A stretch of DNA of 64,000 nucleotides from the IMG/VR virus record IMGVR_UViG_3300031998_000043. One strand, given 5' to 3'. This document shows, one piece after another, positions 34,294 to 43,295 of the stretch. This DNA is from a virus. Its lineage: Duplodnaviria; Heunggongvirae; Uroviricota; Caudoviricetes. Within the stretch, counting starts at the first letter, position 1. Each line of letters begins with the position of its first letter. The position numbers were made by a program, and so were the translations under genes. The notes beneath the pieces are model-generated. The model ran no database searches and had not been told where the DNA came from. It was given only the letters and a program-made list of their open reading frames with translations.

Positions 34294-34327
34294 AAGAGCA
34301 GCTCAAGCAGCTGCCCTTTCTTTTTTC
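34294..34327. terminator. bidirectional terminator between convergent genes
   Basis: AAAGAGCAGCT-CAAGC-AGCTGCCCTTT followed by TCTTTTTT; contains the stop codon of the minus-strand gene. Confidence 0.55.
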
Positions 34328-34593
34328 TTTGCTTTGGATCTTCTGCAAGCTTCTAGATACTTTGCATACCTTACAGGATCCTTCTTCATCGCTTCACGCT
34401 TTTTAGCATTCCTAATCCTTTCTTTTTCTCTAAACAGTGGATCAGTAGCTTTACGATGGTCATATGATTTCTTTGATCTAACGGCATCAGGAGTTCTACC
34501 TTTGCTCTTTCGCTTCTTCTTTACAGGAGCCATAATATATGAGTAAATAAGAGCCATAGAAGATTTTGTAAGCTTATCTTTTAATTCGCTCAA
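34303..34593 (-). CDS. highly basic small protein (possible DNA- or RNA-binding protein, or a virion internal protein)
   Basis: TTG start with RBS AGGAGGATACAACC; 96 aa and strongly Lys/Arg-rich. Confidence 0.5.
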   Translation of the reverse strand: MSELKDKLTKSSMALIYSYIMAPVKKKRKSKGRTPDAVRSKKSYDHRKATDPLFREKERIRNAKKREAMKKDPVRYAKYLEACRRSKAKKKERAAA

Positions 34594-34858
34594 GGTTGTA
34601 TCCTCCTGTATTTCCAGTAGCCAGAGTTAGTATAAGAGAAATGAAATCCTAGACAGATTAGATTAAAATCAAAACAGTTGTCTCTGCCTTTGATTGCTCC
34701 ATTAGTCGAACAAGAGAAATTAAAGAATAAATTTGAATTCCAGCTTAGAGAGATAAATTTATCTGGATAAATGTCCCACTGTATTCTAAATAGTTCCATA
34801 TAAATCCTTTAATTGGTTACATTCTCAAGTTTATATATTTTTCTTTTTTAATAAACAG

Positions 34859-34899
34859 AAAAAAAAAATAAATGGTCTAGACCGAAGTCTAGACCATTT
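34859..34899 (-). terminator. rho-independent terminator of the minus-strand structural gene
   Basis: AAATGGTCTAGAC-CGAA-GTCTAGACCATTT preceded on the plus strand by ten A residues. Confidence 0.6.
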
Positions 34900-34915
34900 A
34901 AAGTCTTCACAACAA

Positions 34916-36757
34916 TTAGTGGATGAACGTTTCCGTCGGGAGGTACGGAGAAGTACCAGCGAAGGAGTAGAAGTTCGCACTGTTGTTGGTGATCGTAACA
35001 CGACCAGCACCCGGAAGCACGTCAACGTAAGCGTAACGGCGAGAGGTGAGGATCGTCGGAACATAGGTATTTCTGGGGCTGTTGTAGCCAGAGCCAGCCT
35101 GTTCCAGCATGAAGCTGTAGGTGTACAGCTTGTAGGTCATCTGATCCTGAACAGTCGGAATGAAGAGCACACGGATGGCACCCTGAGGAATGTTCGGGGA
35201 GGACACAACCTTCCAGCTGTTGATACCCTGATACTGACCGAAGGCAATGTTAGCATTCACGCCAGCATATTCAGCCTGACCGTTGCCCTGGAACACCCAG
35301 TTGATTTCCGGCACGAGGGCGGCATCAAGCGGGTTGCAAGCAGCAACGAAGTAACCCTGTTCGTAATGGTACATGTTGATGATGCTCATGGAGAGGTGGT
35401 CGAGCACCTTGCCAAGCATCTTGGGCCATTCGGCAGGATTGAGCTGGTAGTTACCAACCGGCTTAGCAGAGAATGCACGCACGAAGTCGCCATTCGGAGC
35501 CTGTTCAATAGCGTCGTCGATAACTTCATCCATGAAGTTCACACCGTCCAAGTCCATCTTCTGAGCGAGGAAGCTAGAGAGGATTTCGACGAGCTTGGAG
35601 ACACCGTTCAGAGTGAACATACGGAGCAAGTCCGTGATGTATTCATTCGGAACCGGAGCTTCAAGGTGTTCGCCAGTACCGATGTGGATTTCCTTATCGC
35701 GGATATCGAAACCGACCTGAAGAGTGCTGTTGTTCATGACGGAGGACACGAAGGCCTTGATCATGACCCAATTCAGCTTGTCACCCTGACACATGAGGGT
35801 AAGACGACCGGACTTCACGTCAACGTCACCATACACGGAGTCCGTGAGGGTAACAATGACAGTACCAGCTTCGCCACCAACGCAAGCAGCGTCAACTTCA
35901 ACATCAACAGAGATCACACCCTTGATGCCACCACGACGAGTACCGCATTCGATCTTGCAGTTCTTGACGAGGTCATTAGCAGTGAGGGCTTCACCATTGA
36001 GGGTGAGTTCGGTAGCAAGTTCAGTAGCAACGCCATTGTAGAACACGGTGTCGCCAGCGGCAGGAGCCTTGAACTGAGCGCAAACAATAGAAACGTTCAC
36101 GTCAACTTCATCGTTGTCCTTAACCATAGCAAGAGCATCCACATACTTCTGCGTGACAGAATCAGTGTAGGTAGTCGTGGTCTTGTCATTACCGTATTCG
36201 TCCACGTCCTTACCAGTGAGGAGGTTCATGGAGAAGCAACGGTTCGTGAACTTGAACTTCACATCTTCAGCAAGGCGAACCTTAGAGACAGCGGTATCGA
36301 TGTCCATGAGGTTTTCAGGCACATAGTGCTTGTTGCCCTGAAGATCCTTCAACCACGGATGGAGGTAGTTGATGGTGAATTTCGGCTTTTCGACAGCTTC
36401 GGTCGGGAGAGCCTTGTTCATGGCAGTACGAGCCCAGCTCTTACGGAGCATCGGGGTCTGGAGGAAAGACATCGGAGCCACCGTACCGAGAGCAGCTTCT
36501 TCAAGAGCTTCGAGACGAGAGGATTCAGCGATGGTCTTGAACTGCTCGGCTTCTTCGTCATTAAGACCCTGAGCGAGCATTTCGGTGTAACGACCAAAGA
36601 GGGAGTTGTCAGACATCACATCTTTAAAGTCATCAGCATTGAACACGTTGATGTTGCTAGCGGAGAATTCTTCAGCCACTTCACGAAGAGTAGAGGTAAA
36701 GGAATCACTGCAAGCAGACACCTTCGAGGAGGGTTGCATGTAAGAAATGTTAGACAT
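34916..36757 (-). CDS. highly expressed virion structural protein (major capsid protein candidate)
   Basis: 613 aa; markedly higher GC and biased codon usage than its neighbours; RBS AAGGAAAAAGAAA-ATG; a dedicated terminator; the antisense 649-aa ORF is an artefact. Confidence 0.65.
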   Translation of the reverse strand: MSNISYMQPSSKVSACSDSFTSTLREVAEEFSASNINVFNADDFKDVMSDNSLFGRYTEMLAQGLNDEEAEQFKTIAESSRLEALEEAALGTVAPMSFLQTPMLRKSWARTAMNKALPTEAVEKPKFTINYLHPWLKDLQGNKHYVPENLMDIDTAVSKVRLAEDVKFKFTNRCFSMNLLTGKDVDEYGNDKTTTTYTDSVTQKYVDALAMVKDNDEVDVNVSIVCAQFKAPAAGDTVFYNGVATELATELTLNGEALTANDLVKNCKIECGTRRGGIKGVISVDVEVDAACVGGEAGTVIVTLTDSVYGDVDVKSGRLTLMCQGDKLNWVMIKAFVSSVMNNSTLQVGFDIRDKEIHIGTGEHLEAPVPNEYITDLLRMFTLNGVSKLVEILSSFLAQKMDLDGVNFMDEVIDDAIEQAPNGDFVRAFSAKPVGNYQLNPAEWPKMLGKVLDHLSMSIINMYHYEQGYFVAACNPLDAALVPEINWVFQGNGQAEYAGVNANIAFGQYQGINSWKVVSSPNIPQGAIRVLFIPTVQDQMTYKLYTYSFMLEQAGSGYNSPRNTYVPTILTSRRYAYVDVLPGAGRVTITNNSANFYSFAGTSPYLPTETFIH

Positions 36758-36989
36758 TTTCTTTTTCCTTATATTTTAGGTGAATTTCAGAACCAAAACA
36801 TAATGTTATCTTGGCTCTTAGACAAAATACCTATTTGTGCTAGGATCCTAGGCATTTTCAATGAATAGTTAGATGGGGGTAGAATTTTGCGAGCAAAAAT
36901 TGTAAGTTTTTTGCGTATCTAGATGTGCAACGAAAAGTATTGATTTATCGAATGAACTTTTAATAAATACGATAACCAAGGAGCCCATC

Positions 36990-37556
36990 ATGGCAGAATC
37001 CGTAGATAAAGCCGAAGTCAAGCTAAGTAAGAAAGAACTTCGTGAGCAAAAAGAATATGAACGCCTTATTGAAGAAGAAAAGAAAAAGGTCACTAGGACT
37101 TTACATATTACTATACTAGGAGAACCTAAAGCTTGGCAAAGACATAGGGCTAGACTTGGAAAAGGCGGTAAGTTTGTTTCCATGTACGATCCCAATTCGT
37201 CTGTCAAGAAGATCCTTCAGGATTATATAATCGAAGAAATGCAAGAACAAGGTGTTTCTATGATTAAGGATTCTCCGATTATGCTTACTGTAGAAAGCTA
37301 CAAGAAGATTCCGAAGTCCGTCAGTCCAGTGAAGGCTAGATTGTATGAAGAAAAGTGGTTACTTCCGACTTCTAAGCCAGACGTAGACAACTATTCGAAG
37401 CTTTTTATGGATGCCGCAAACAACGTTTTATGGGATGATGACAAACAGATCGCCCACTTGGATACATGGAAATATCTTTCCTTTAATCCAAGACTAGAGA
37501 TTACTGTTGAATTCAAGGAGACAAAAAATGAATCTATCAATAACGGGGATCAATAA
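36990..37556 (+). CDS. rusA: RusA-family Holliday-junction resolvase
   Basis: ITILGEPKAWQRHRARLGKGG ... KPDVDNYSKLFMDAANNVLWDDDKQIAHLDTWKY. Confidence 0.8.
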   Translation: MAESVDKAEVKLSKKELREQKEYERLIEEEKKKVTRTLHITILGEPKAWQRHRARLGKGGKFVSMYDPNSSVKKILQDYIIEEMQEQGVSMIKDSPIMLTVESYKKIPKSVSPVKARLYEEKWLLPTSKPDVDNYSKLFMDAANNVLWDDDKQIAHLDTWKYLSFNPRLEITVEFKETKNESINNGDQ

Positions 37557-38724
37557 CTACCGTTCTAAGGTCAGCGATGAACTTGGGGCTGCAGAATTTA
37601 TGAATGCCCTAAGTAGTGTTCATTTGGCCACCAAAAAGAATATTAACGAGGCTGTAACAAGACTTAATGCAGCTCTATACTTCTGGATCAGCCGTTGCAA
37701 TGGAGAATTTGATAGCAAGTGGATTCTCAAGGTTAATAGTATGATTGAGAATGCAAGACTTGCCGTTATGAGTAAAGGAAAGCAAGGCATCAGAGCCAGA
37801 AAAGACCTGTTCAAGCATTTTATTAAAATCTGTTTCTACGCAGATAATGCTGTAAGATTCTTAGTTTGTTCAGATGAGGATAACTTCTCAAAGACTATGA
37901 CATTCTTCTCTTCCAGAGCTTTCTATAACAAGAATGGTATAGAAAAAGTCGTTGCTATGGATGATAAGTTCCAGATTGTAGATCGAGAAATTGATCCTGA
38001 CTGTTCAGGTACTACCATGATTCTAAATATCCTGACAAGAAATAGGGTTTCTGAGTTGGATGAAATGGATATCATGGGATGGGCTAATGAACTACAGTAC
38101 TACACTGATGACAAAGAACCTGAAGAGATAGCTAACGAGGTTAAGGATGACGATAATAGCACCTCTGCTATAATTATTAAGGTTCCGTCCGGTGGTTATG
38201 TTGTAGATACAATGAGAGAAATCGAGGCTATGGAGGATCCATACTTTTCAAGTAAGGACGCTCTATATGGTACTATTACTCTTCTATCCGATTTCTTTGG
38301 AACAGAAAAAGGAAAACAGGAAGATAGCTCTTTTCTCGATAATCTTAAAGAATTCTGGATGTATCTGGATGGAAAACACATGGGCGATTCTAAGATTGCA
38401 GAAGAATATTTGGCGAACTGTTCTAAGTACGCTGATGATTTGACTGCCGCCTATGATATTCTTTCCAAGTATAATCTTCCCAGAGTTGTAATGGCATGGC
38501 CTATTGACGAATATTACAATGAAGTCAAGCTTGTCGTTGGTCTACTAATGACAGGCGAAAATGAGACGTTCTTTAGGCTTATCAAACCGGAAACAAGAGA
38601 CGATATGTATATCGAGTGTTCCGATTATGATGCCTACACTAGCCTTGTGGAAGGAATTGGTCGTTCTTATGAGCGAACAAAAACTGCCATTAGCAAGGCT
38701 ATGGGAAATAAAAATAAAGCATAG
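37528..38724 (+). CDS. hypothetical protein
   Basis: RBS AAGGAGACAAAAA-ATG; 398 aa. Confidence 0.55.
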   Translation: MNLSITGINNYRSKVSDELGAAEFMNALSSVHLATKKNINEAVTRLNAALYFWISRCNGEFDSKWILKVNSMIENARLAVMSKGKQGIRARKDLFKHFIKICFYADNAVRFLVCSDEDNFSKTMTFFSSRAFYNKNGIEKVVAMDDKFQIVDREIDPDCSGTTMILNILTRNRVSELDEMDIMGWANELQYYTDDKEPEEIANEVKDDDNSTSAIIIKVPSGGYVVDTMREIEAMEDPYFSSKDALYGTITLLSDFFGTEKGKQEDSSFLDNLKEFWMYLDGKHMGDSKIAEEYLANCSKYADDLTAAYDILSKYNLPRVVMAWPIDEYYNEVKLVVGLLMTGENETFFRLIKPETRDDMYIECSDYDAYTSLVEGIGRSYERTKTAISKAMGNKNKA

Positions 38725-38748
38725 GAGCTTCCTATGCTTTTATTTTTT
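38717..38748. terminator. bidirectional terminator
   Basis: AAAGCATAGG-agctt-CCTATGCTTT followed by TATTTTTT; contains the stop codons of both convergent genes. Confidence 0.6.
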
Positions 38749-39283
38749 CATACATTAAGGCATTATTCAACAATAACTTTGATGCCATATACAAGTCAAA
38801 CTTCAGACAAATCTCAACTAACGATGCAAAGCTTCCGTATGGAACAAATGTTGAAATGTCATCTGTAAAATATATGGATACTCCCGGTTCAGATGTATGA
38901 GTTTCTTCATTATTATCCACGAATGGAATAAATAATAAAGACCTTCCATTACAGAGATCCTCGATCTTGAAACCGCCACGATATTCTTTCTTCACATAAT
39001 AAGAATTATCTCGACAGTCAAAAGCCTTCTCCATAAATTCTCGACACTCTTTCATACCTGCTTTAAATATATCCATACATAAGTATGAGACAGTTACCGA
39101 TGCGAATACTCCTGTATCTCTTACAGACAAAGATAAATAATCGCTTGTCAGCATTTTTAAGTGTCTGGTTCCGTCATTATGCGTAACCTCTTTAAATGTC
39201 TTGTCATCGTTTCTGATTAGGAGAGACAATCGTAGTCCTGTGTTTGGAACAATTAGAATAGTCTCTTCAATCGTATCGTACAT
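38732..39283 (-). CDS. hypothetical protein
   Basis: 183 aa on the reverse strand. Confidence 0.5.
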   Translation of the reverse strand: MYDTIEETILIVPNTGLRLSLLIRNDDKTFKEVTHNDGTRHLKMLTSDYLSLSVRDTGVFASVTVSYLCMDIFKAGMKECREFMEKAFDCRDNSYYVKKEYRGGFKIEDLCNGRSLLFIPFVDNNEETHTSEPGVSIYFTDDISTFVPYGSFASLVEICLKFDLYMASKLLLNNALMYEKIKA

Positions 39284-39324
39284 AAAAATACTCCTTGTTG
39301 GTCTTCAACAAGGAGTTAAGAGGA

Positions 39325-39762
39325 TTACTGAATTGGTCTGTTTCTTAGTTGGCTAATCTTATGCTTATTGATTTCTATCACTGCGTGCTGAATTACATTG
39401 AATTCGCCAGTTACATAAGAAACAAGGTTTTCCATTGTACCTAAATAAATAAGAAGGATTTGTCTGTAAGTGTCAGAAACCTCGGAAATAGTCTCTGTTA
39501 CCAACTTAGCAATATCCATCATGCTCTTTGCAGAGCTTACAATATCAGTTTGGTCACTATTTTTTGCAATAGCAGAAGTAATGGCTACATAGTGCTTTAC
39601 CTTCTTATTAATGATCTCGGACATGAGAGCAAAATCACGCTCCTTGTTCAGACCATACTTCAATAGGTAACTGTTCCTCAGTTTCGCTGCTGCTATTGCT
39701 TGTTTCTTCGCTCTGCGTTTCGCAAAGAAATTCTTTATCCACTTGAACATTGGTTTCTCCAT
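39325..39762 (-). CDS. hypothetical protein
   Basis: 145 aa; overlaps the 3' end of the next gene by 128 nt. Confidence 0.45.
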   Translation of the reverse strand: MEKPMFKWIKNFFAKRRAKKQAIAAAKLRNSYLLKYGLNKERDFALMSEIINKKVKHYVAITSAIAKNSDQTDIVSSAKSMMDIAKLVTETISEVSDTYRQILLIYLGTMENLVSYVTGEFNVIQHAVIEINKHKISQLRNRPIQ

Positions 39763-40438
39763 TTTGGTTAGTTATCTGAGTAATTCGTTCAACATGCCTA
39801 GGCATAATTCTAAGTTTCCTGATATTAGAATTATTTAGGCTTTCAGAAGCTGATGCTTTGACCAAAAAAGAAAGACGCTCTAAGTCCTCTTTAGTCATTA
39901 CATAAGCAAATTTCTTAACAAAGGCTTGCCAGTCTCCAGTTACATTTTTTAGTGAAAGAGTAATAGAACCACTATGAGCCAGTTCATGAGCAGTCAATGA
40001 TAGAGGAATTAAACCAACATGGCCTAGGAAGTGTTCCAATACTACTCTAGATACAATAGCAAAACTAGATACATCTTCATTATTTTCTAGAGCATCATCA
40101 AGAATAATTCTCGTAATGTCAAATAAAGAAAACGGGAAATGATGAATCTCTATTCTACAATCCTCTCTGGAAACTCCAGCGAAGATTGCACAATTATTCA
40201 TTTCTGCATTTTCTTTAAGGAAAGACAAATAGTCACGCAGTTCTAGAGAACCTCTTACAAGTCTTTCAAGATACTTAACATATTTAGCTTTTGCTTTATA
40301 GTCTTCTTTCAGATATGCCAATGTTTCAAACTTGGCATATCCGTCGAATTTATCAGTATCCTTAAAAGTAACCTTAGACGACAACTCGTTAGAAGTCGTG
40401 GTTTGGGTAGGTTGCTCTAAGTCCTTGGGTAATTGCAT
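39635..40438 (-). CDS. hypothetical protein; paralog A of the His-motif pair
   Basis: IEIHHFPFSLFDI ... LSLTAHELAHSG; homologous to 40591..41319. Confidence 0.5.
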   Translation of the reverse strand: MQLPKDLEQPTQTTTSNELSSKVTFKDTDKFDGYAKFETLAYLKEDYKAKAKYVKYLERLVRGSLELRDYLSFLKENAEMNNCAIFAGVSREDCRIEIHHFPFSLFDITRIILDDALENNEDVSSFAIVSRVVLEHFLGHVGLIPLSLTAHELAHSGSITLSLKNVTGDWQAFVKKFAYVMTKEDLERLSFLVKASASESLNNSNIRKLRIMPRHVERITQITNQNGETNVQVDKEFLCETQSEETSNSSSETEEQLPIEVWSEQGA

Positions 40439-40619
40439 ATTTTTCCTGTTTCGTTGGGTTAATGATTGAGATACTACGGGTCTCTGGATTTACCTCAAAA
40501 CCAAATCGTCTGGCGTCTTCTATCATTTTTGGCGTGATTTGTTCTCCAATGAGGCTATAAAGAACTTGTACACGATCCATTAATATTGGATTAATCAGTT
40601 GGAACGGATCCCTCAGCAC
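40389..40619 (-). CDS. hypothetical small protein
   Basis: 76-aa ORF bridging the two paralogs. Confidence 0.3.
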   Translation of the reverse strand: MLRDPFQLINPILMDRVQVLYSLIGEQITPKMIEDARRFGFEVNPETRSISIINPTKQEKYAITQGLRATYPNHDF

Positions 40620-41319
40620 TATTATATCCTACCTTTGGAATCTCTGACGGAGCATAGATATCCTGATGTTTGACTGTTAGAAAAGATTGATCTCTATTCA
40701 TTTTATATCCTTTCTTAGTCATATCAATTAACTTCGAGAAACTTGTGAGAGTCTCCGGCTCAAGGTCTTCCTTATACTCCTTAAAGAACTCCATAAAATG
40801 ACCAGCAACATCAGATAGAGGAATAAATACTTTTCCGCTATGTCTGAGTTGATGAACAGTCTTTGATAGGACAGTAAATCCGATTTTGAGATCGAAATGT
40901 AGTTTCATTACTACTTCGGCTACCATAAATGTATTAAACGGAACATGCTCTCTAATAAATTTACTGGTAACAGCAGAACAGATTTCATACAAGGTAAATG
41001 GATAGTGGTCTACTTCAAGAGTAGCTTCTTCTCCAGTAACCATTCCAAGGATATTACAAGATTGAATTCCAGAACCGCCAAATTCATTATGCACTTTGTA
41101 AATAAAAGTCTTGTATTCATCAGACTGTCTAATCATTTTTTCACAAGACTTAATGAATGTATTATATTCTCTAGAATCTAGAATTTTCTCTCTTTTGAAT
41201 ACTTCTTTAAAATAATCACCAGATACGGCACCATCTTTATGGGTAACATTGATAGGATTTTCAACCTTAATGTTAGCCGAAACAATTTCTTCAATGGGAT
41301 CCATAATATCTCCTTTCAA
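40591..41319 (-). CDS. hypothetical protein; paralog B of the His-motif pair (possible His-Me finger fold)
   Basis: LEVDHYPFTLYEI ... LSKTVHQLRHSG. Confidence 0.55.
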   Translation of the reverse strand: MKGDIMDPIEEIVSANIKVENPINVTHKDGAVSGDYFKEVFKREKILDSREYNTFIKSCEKMIRQSDEYKTFIYKVHNEFGGSGIQSCNILGMVTGEEATLEVDHYPFTLYEICSAVTSKFIREHVPFNTFMVAEVVMKLHFDLKIGFTVLSKTVHQLRHSGKVFIPLSDVAGHFMEFFKEYKEDLEPETLTSFSKLIDMTKKGYKMNRDQSFLTVKHQDIYAPSEIPKVGYNSAEGSVPTD

Positions 41320-41327
41320 GATATAGT

Positions 41328-41357
41328 TCGAAAAAAGAAATGGCTCTATATAGAGCC
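41328..41357 (-). terminator. minus-strand terminator / 16-bp palindrome
   Basis: GGCTCTATATAGAGCC preceded on the plus strand by an A-rich run. Confidence 0.45.
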
Positions 41358-41773
41358 ACTCCTAATATAAGATTGTTATACTGGAACCGATATAGTCTCA
41401 CTATTGCCAATTCTTTCACCGTCAAGTTCTAGACTTATGGTGTATTCTGTGTAAGACTTATCGCTGCCGTATCCAGTAAAGTCATTTGTTGTTATCTTTA
41501 AAGAAAGATGTTCTTTCAGAAATGAGATTAGTTCTTCTCTACTCAAAATTCAAGTCCTCGTTTACCAATAGGCGGGTTAGGTAATGATATCGGAGGACAG
41601 AAAATTCTGGTACGTTGTAATCTTTCTAGCATTGTTTCTTTCTTCATAGTTTATTCCTTTTGTTGTTGTCCTATAATATTATAGGCACTTATTTATATAT
41701 AGCTGGACTGTTCTAAACTACATTCTTCAATATTCTGAACTAGAGAATGAACTCAAACCAACAGGAGTACAAC

Positions 41774-42511
41774 ATGTCTGAAGAAACTCAGAAAGTCCAA
41801 GAAGTCATTCCGGAAGCAGTTGATATGGCTGCTGAAAACGAACAGCGCAAGGTGAATGCCGAGCAAGAGCGTGAATATGCTATTAAGCATATGATCGAAA
41901 TCTACAAGGGCGAAACCTTGAAACATATCGAAGTCACAAAGGGATACTATAAGACTTTGTTCTTTGAATTGCAGAAGCGTATGACGGAGTCTGGAAAGGG
42001 TATTCCCAACTTTGATAAGTCTGCTATGGAATATTTTGAAAACGTCACTTCTCACCATGATGAAGACAAACTCAACAATCCTGAGACTACCAAGTATCTT
42101 GCTCTTCGTCACTTTAATCATACTACAAATGGTGAATTCCGTTTGTCTGAAGAAGAACAGGAAAAGGGTGAAGAACTCATCCGTCAACATCGTATCTCCA
42201 ATACACACCATGTTGAATGCGGTATGTTCCATCTTGCCAGATGCACCACTTTTGGCGAGAACAAGACTCCGTTTAAGTATAACTACTTTGCACTGATGGA
42301 AATGGCAGCTGACTGGTGTTCTGTTGCTGAAGAACTTGGTGTGGATGTCATTCGCTGGTTTAGAACCCAGTTGAAGCGTGGAGTTTACGTTCTTCCGGAT
42401 GAAGTCATCGACACTCTTGAAGAATTCGCAAGGATTCTTAAGCCATTTCTTGATGAGAACAGGAAGCTTTGCAGGTTTGGTTTGCATCAGCCTGACCACT
42501 GCATCAAGTAA
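41774..42511 (+). CDS. hypothetical protein
   Basis: RBS ACAGGAGTACAAC-ATG; 245 aa. Confidence 0.55.
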   Translation: MSEETQKVQEVIPEAVDMAAENEQRKVNAEQEREYAIKHMIEIYKGETLKHIEVTKGYYKTLFFELQKRMTESGKGIPNFDKSAMEYFENVTSHHDEDKLNNPETTKYLALRHFNHTTNGEFRLSEEEQEKGEELIRQHRISNTHHVECGMFHLARCTTFGENKTPFKYNYFALMEMAADWCSVAEELGVDVIRWFRTQLKRGVYVLPDEVIDTLEEFARILKPFLDENRKLCRFGLHQPDHCIK

Positions 42512-42566
42512 ATAACTTATAGCTGAAGAGAAATCTTCAGCTATTATTTTATAATGTGAGGATTTT

Positions 42567-42782
42567 ATGGATCAAGGTCTTATAGCATTCTGTCTAATAT
42601 TTGGAATTATCATTATATTTATTATCCTACAGATGATTGGTAAGAAATTATGCAAGCATGAATGGGATATTGTTGATTCTGAGTATGTAGTAGACAATCT
42701 TACATTTTCTACAAGAAAATATATAAGGTATCATCTCAGATGCAAGAAGTGCGGAAAGATGAGATGCAAGAATATGAGGTAG
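42567..42782 (+). CDS. membrane-anchored zinc-ribbon mini-protein
   Basis: RBS GTGAGGATTTT-ATG; transmembrane helix; CKHEWD...CKKCGKMRC. Confidence 0.45.
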   Translation: MDQGLIAFCLIFGIIIIFIILQMIGKKLCKHEWDIVDSEYVVDNLTFSTRKYIRYHLRCKKCGKMRCKNMR

Positions 42783-42784
42783 TT

Positions 42785-43198
42785 ATGGAAGAGGTTAATA
42801 TCGATCTTGTTGAAATTTCTCTTGAGGATTTCCTTAATAAGTATGAATCCATTGTCAAACAATTTGTTGTCAAGGTTCCGGCTGGAAATAAGGAGATGTT
42901 CTCTAACATTGTTTTGAAGATATTATCAGATAAGAATATTAAGCTTCTATCTGTAGTCGGAACCAGACTTAAAAGAGAAATTGGATTTCAACAGGAATTA
43001 AAGATACTATTATGGTTTATAGCCGAGAAAATTACCTTAATAGGTAATAATCAGTGGAGTAGAATGTCTGGCGGTTTGTATGGATCATTCCCTGATACCA
43101 TCAAGAAAGAAATTCTTAGTCGAAAAGTTTATATCGCAAGTATAAATGAAGCTGATTTCAATGGTTTGACTGTAAAAGATATCGAGAATTCAATATAG
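42785..43198 (+). CDS. hypothetical protein
   Basis: RBS GAGGTAGTT-ATG. Confidence 0.5.
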   Translation: MEEVNIDLVEISLEDFLNKYESIVKQFVVKVPAGNKEMFSNIVLKILSDKNIKLLSVVGTRLKREIGFQQELKILLWFIAEKITLIGNNQWSRMSGGLYGSFPDTIKKEILSRKVYIASINEADFNGLTVKDIENSI

Positions 43199-43212
43199 GA
43201 ATGGGTCTTATG

Positions 43213-43295
43213 GTTAACTAACCATTGAAATACGGGTCGCGACCGAAGAAACCTGTAATTCTCTAAACGTTTAACTTACAAACAAGGATATATAT
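43213..43295 (+). promoter_or_regulatory. conserved leader or regulatory element (copy 1) with palindromes GGTCGCGACC and AAACGTTT
   Basis: about 85% identical to 44409..44492, located upstream of the duplicated gene. Confidence 0.5.

Noticed and set aside
34594-34915. Possible tRNA or small RNA in the 320-nt non-coding stretch
   Set aside because: There is no cloverleaf-compatible sequence and no GTTC-type T-loop. The region is better explained as the promoter and operator of the basic-protein gene plus the terminator of the structural gene.
34919-36868. 649-aa plus-strand ORF overlapping the 613-aa minus-strand gene
   Set aside because: Its Arg/His/Val/Gly-rich, low-complexity translation is typical of the antisense of a GC-rich gene. 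The terminator orientation (A-run then hairpin on the plus strand) and the RBS support the minus-strand gene.
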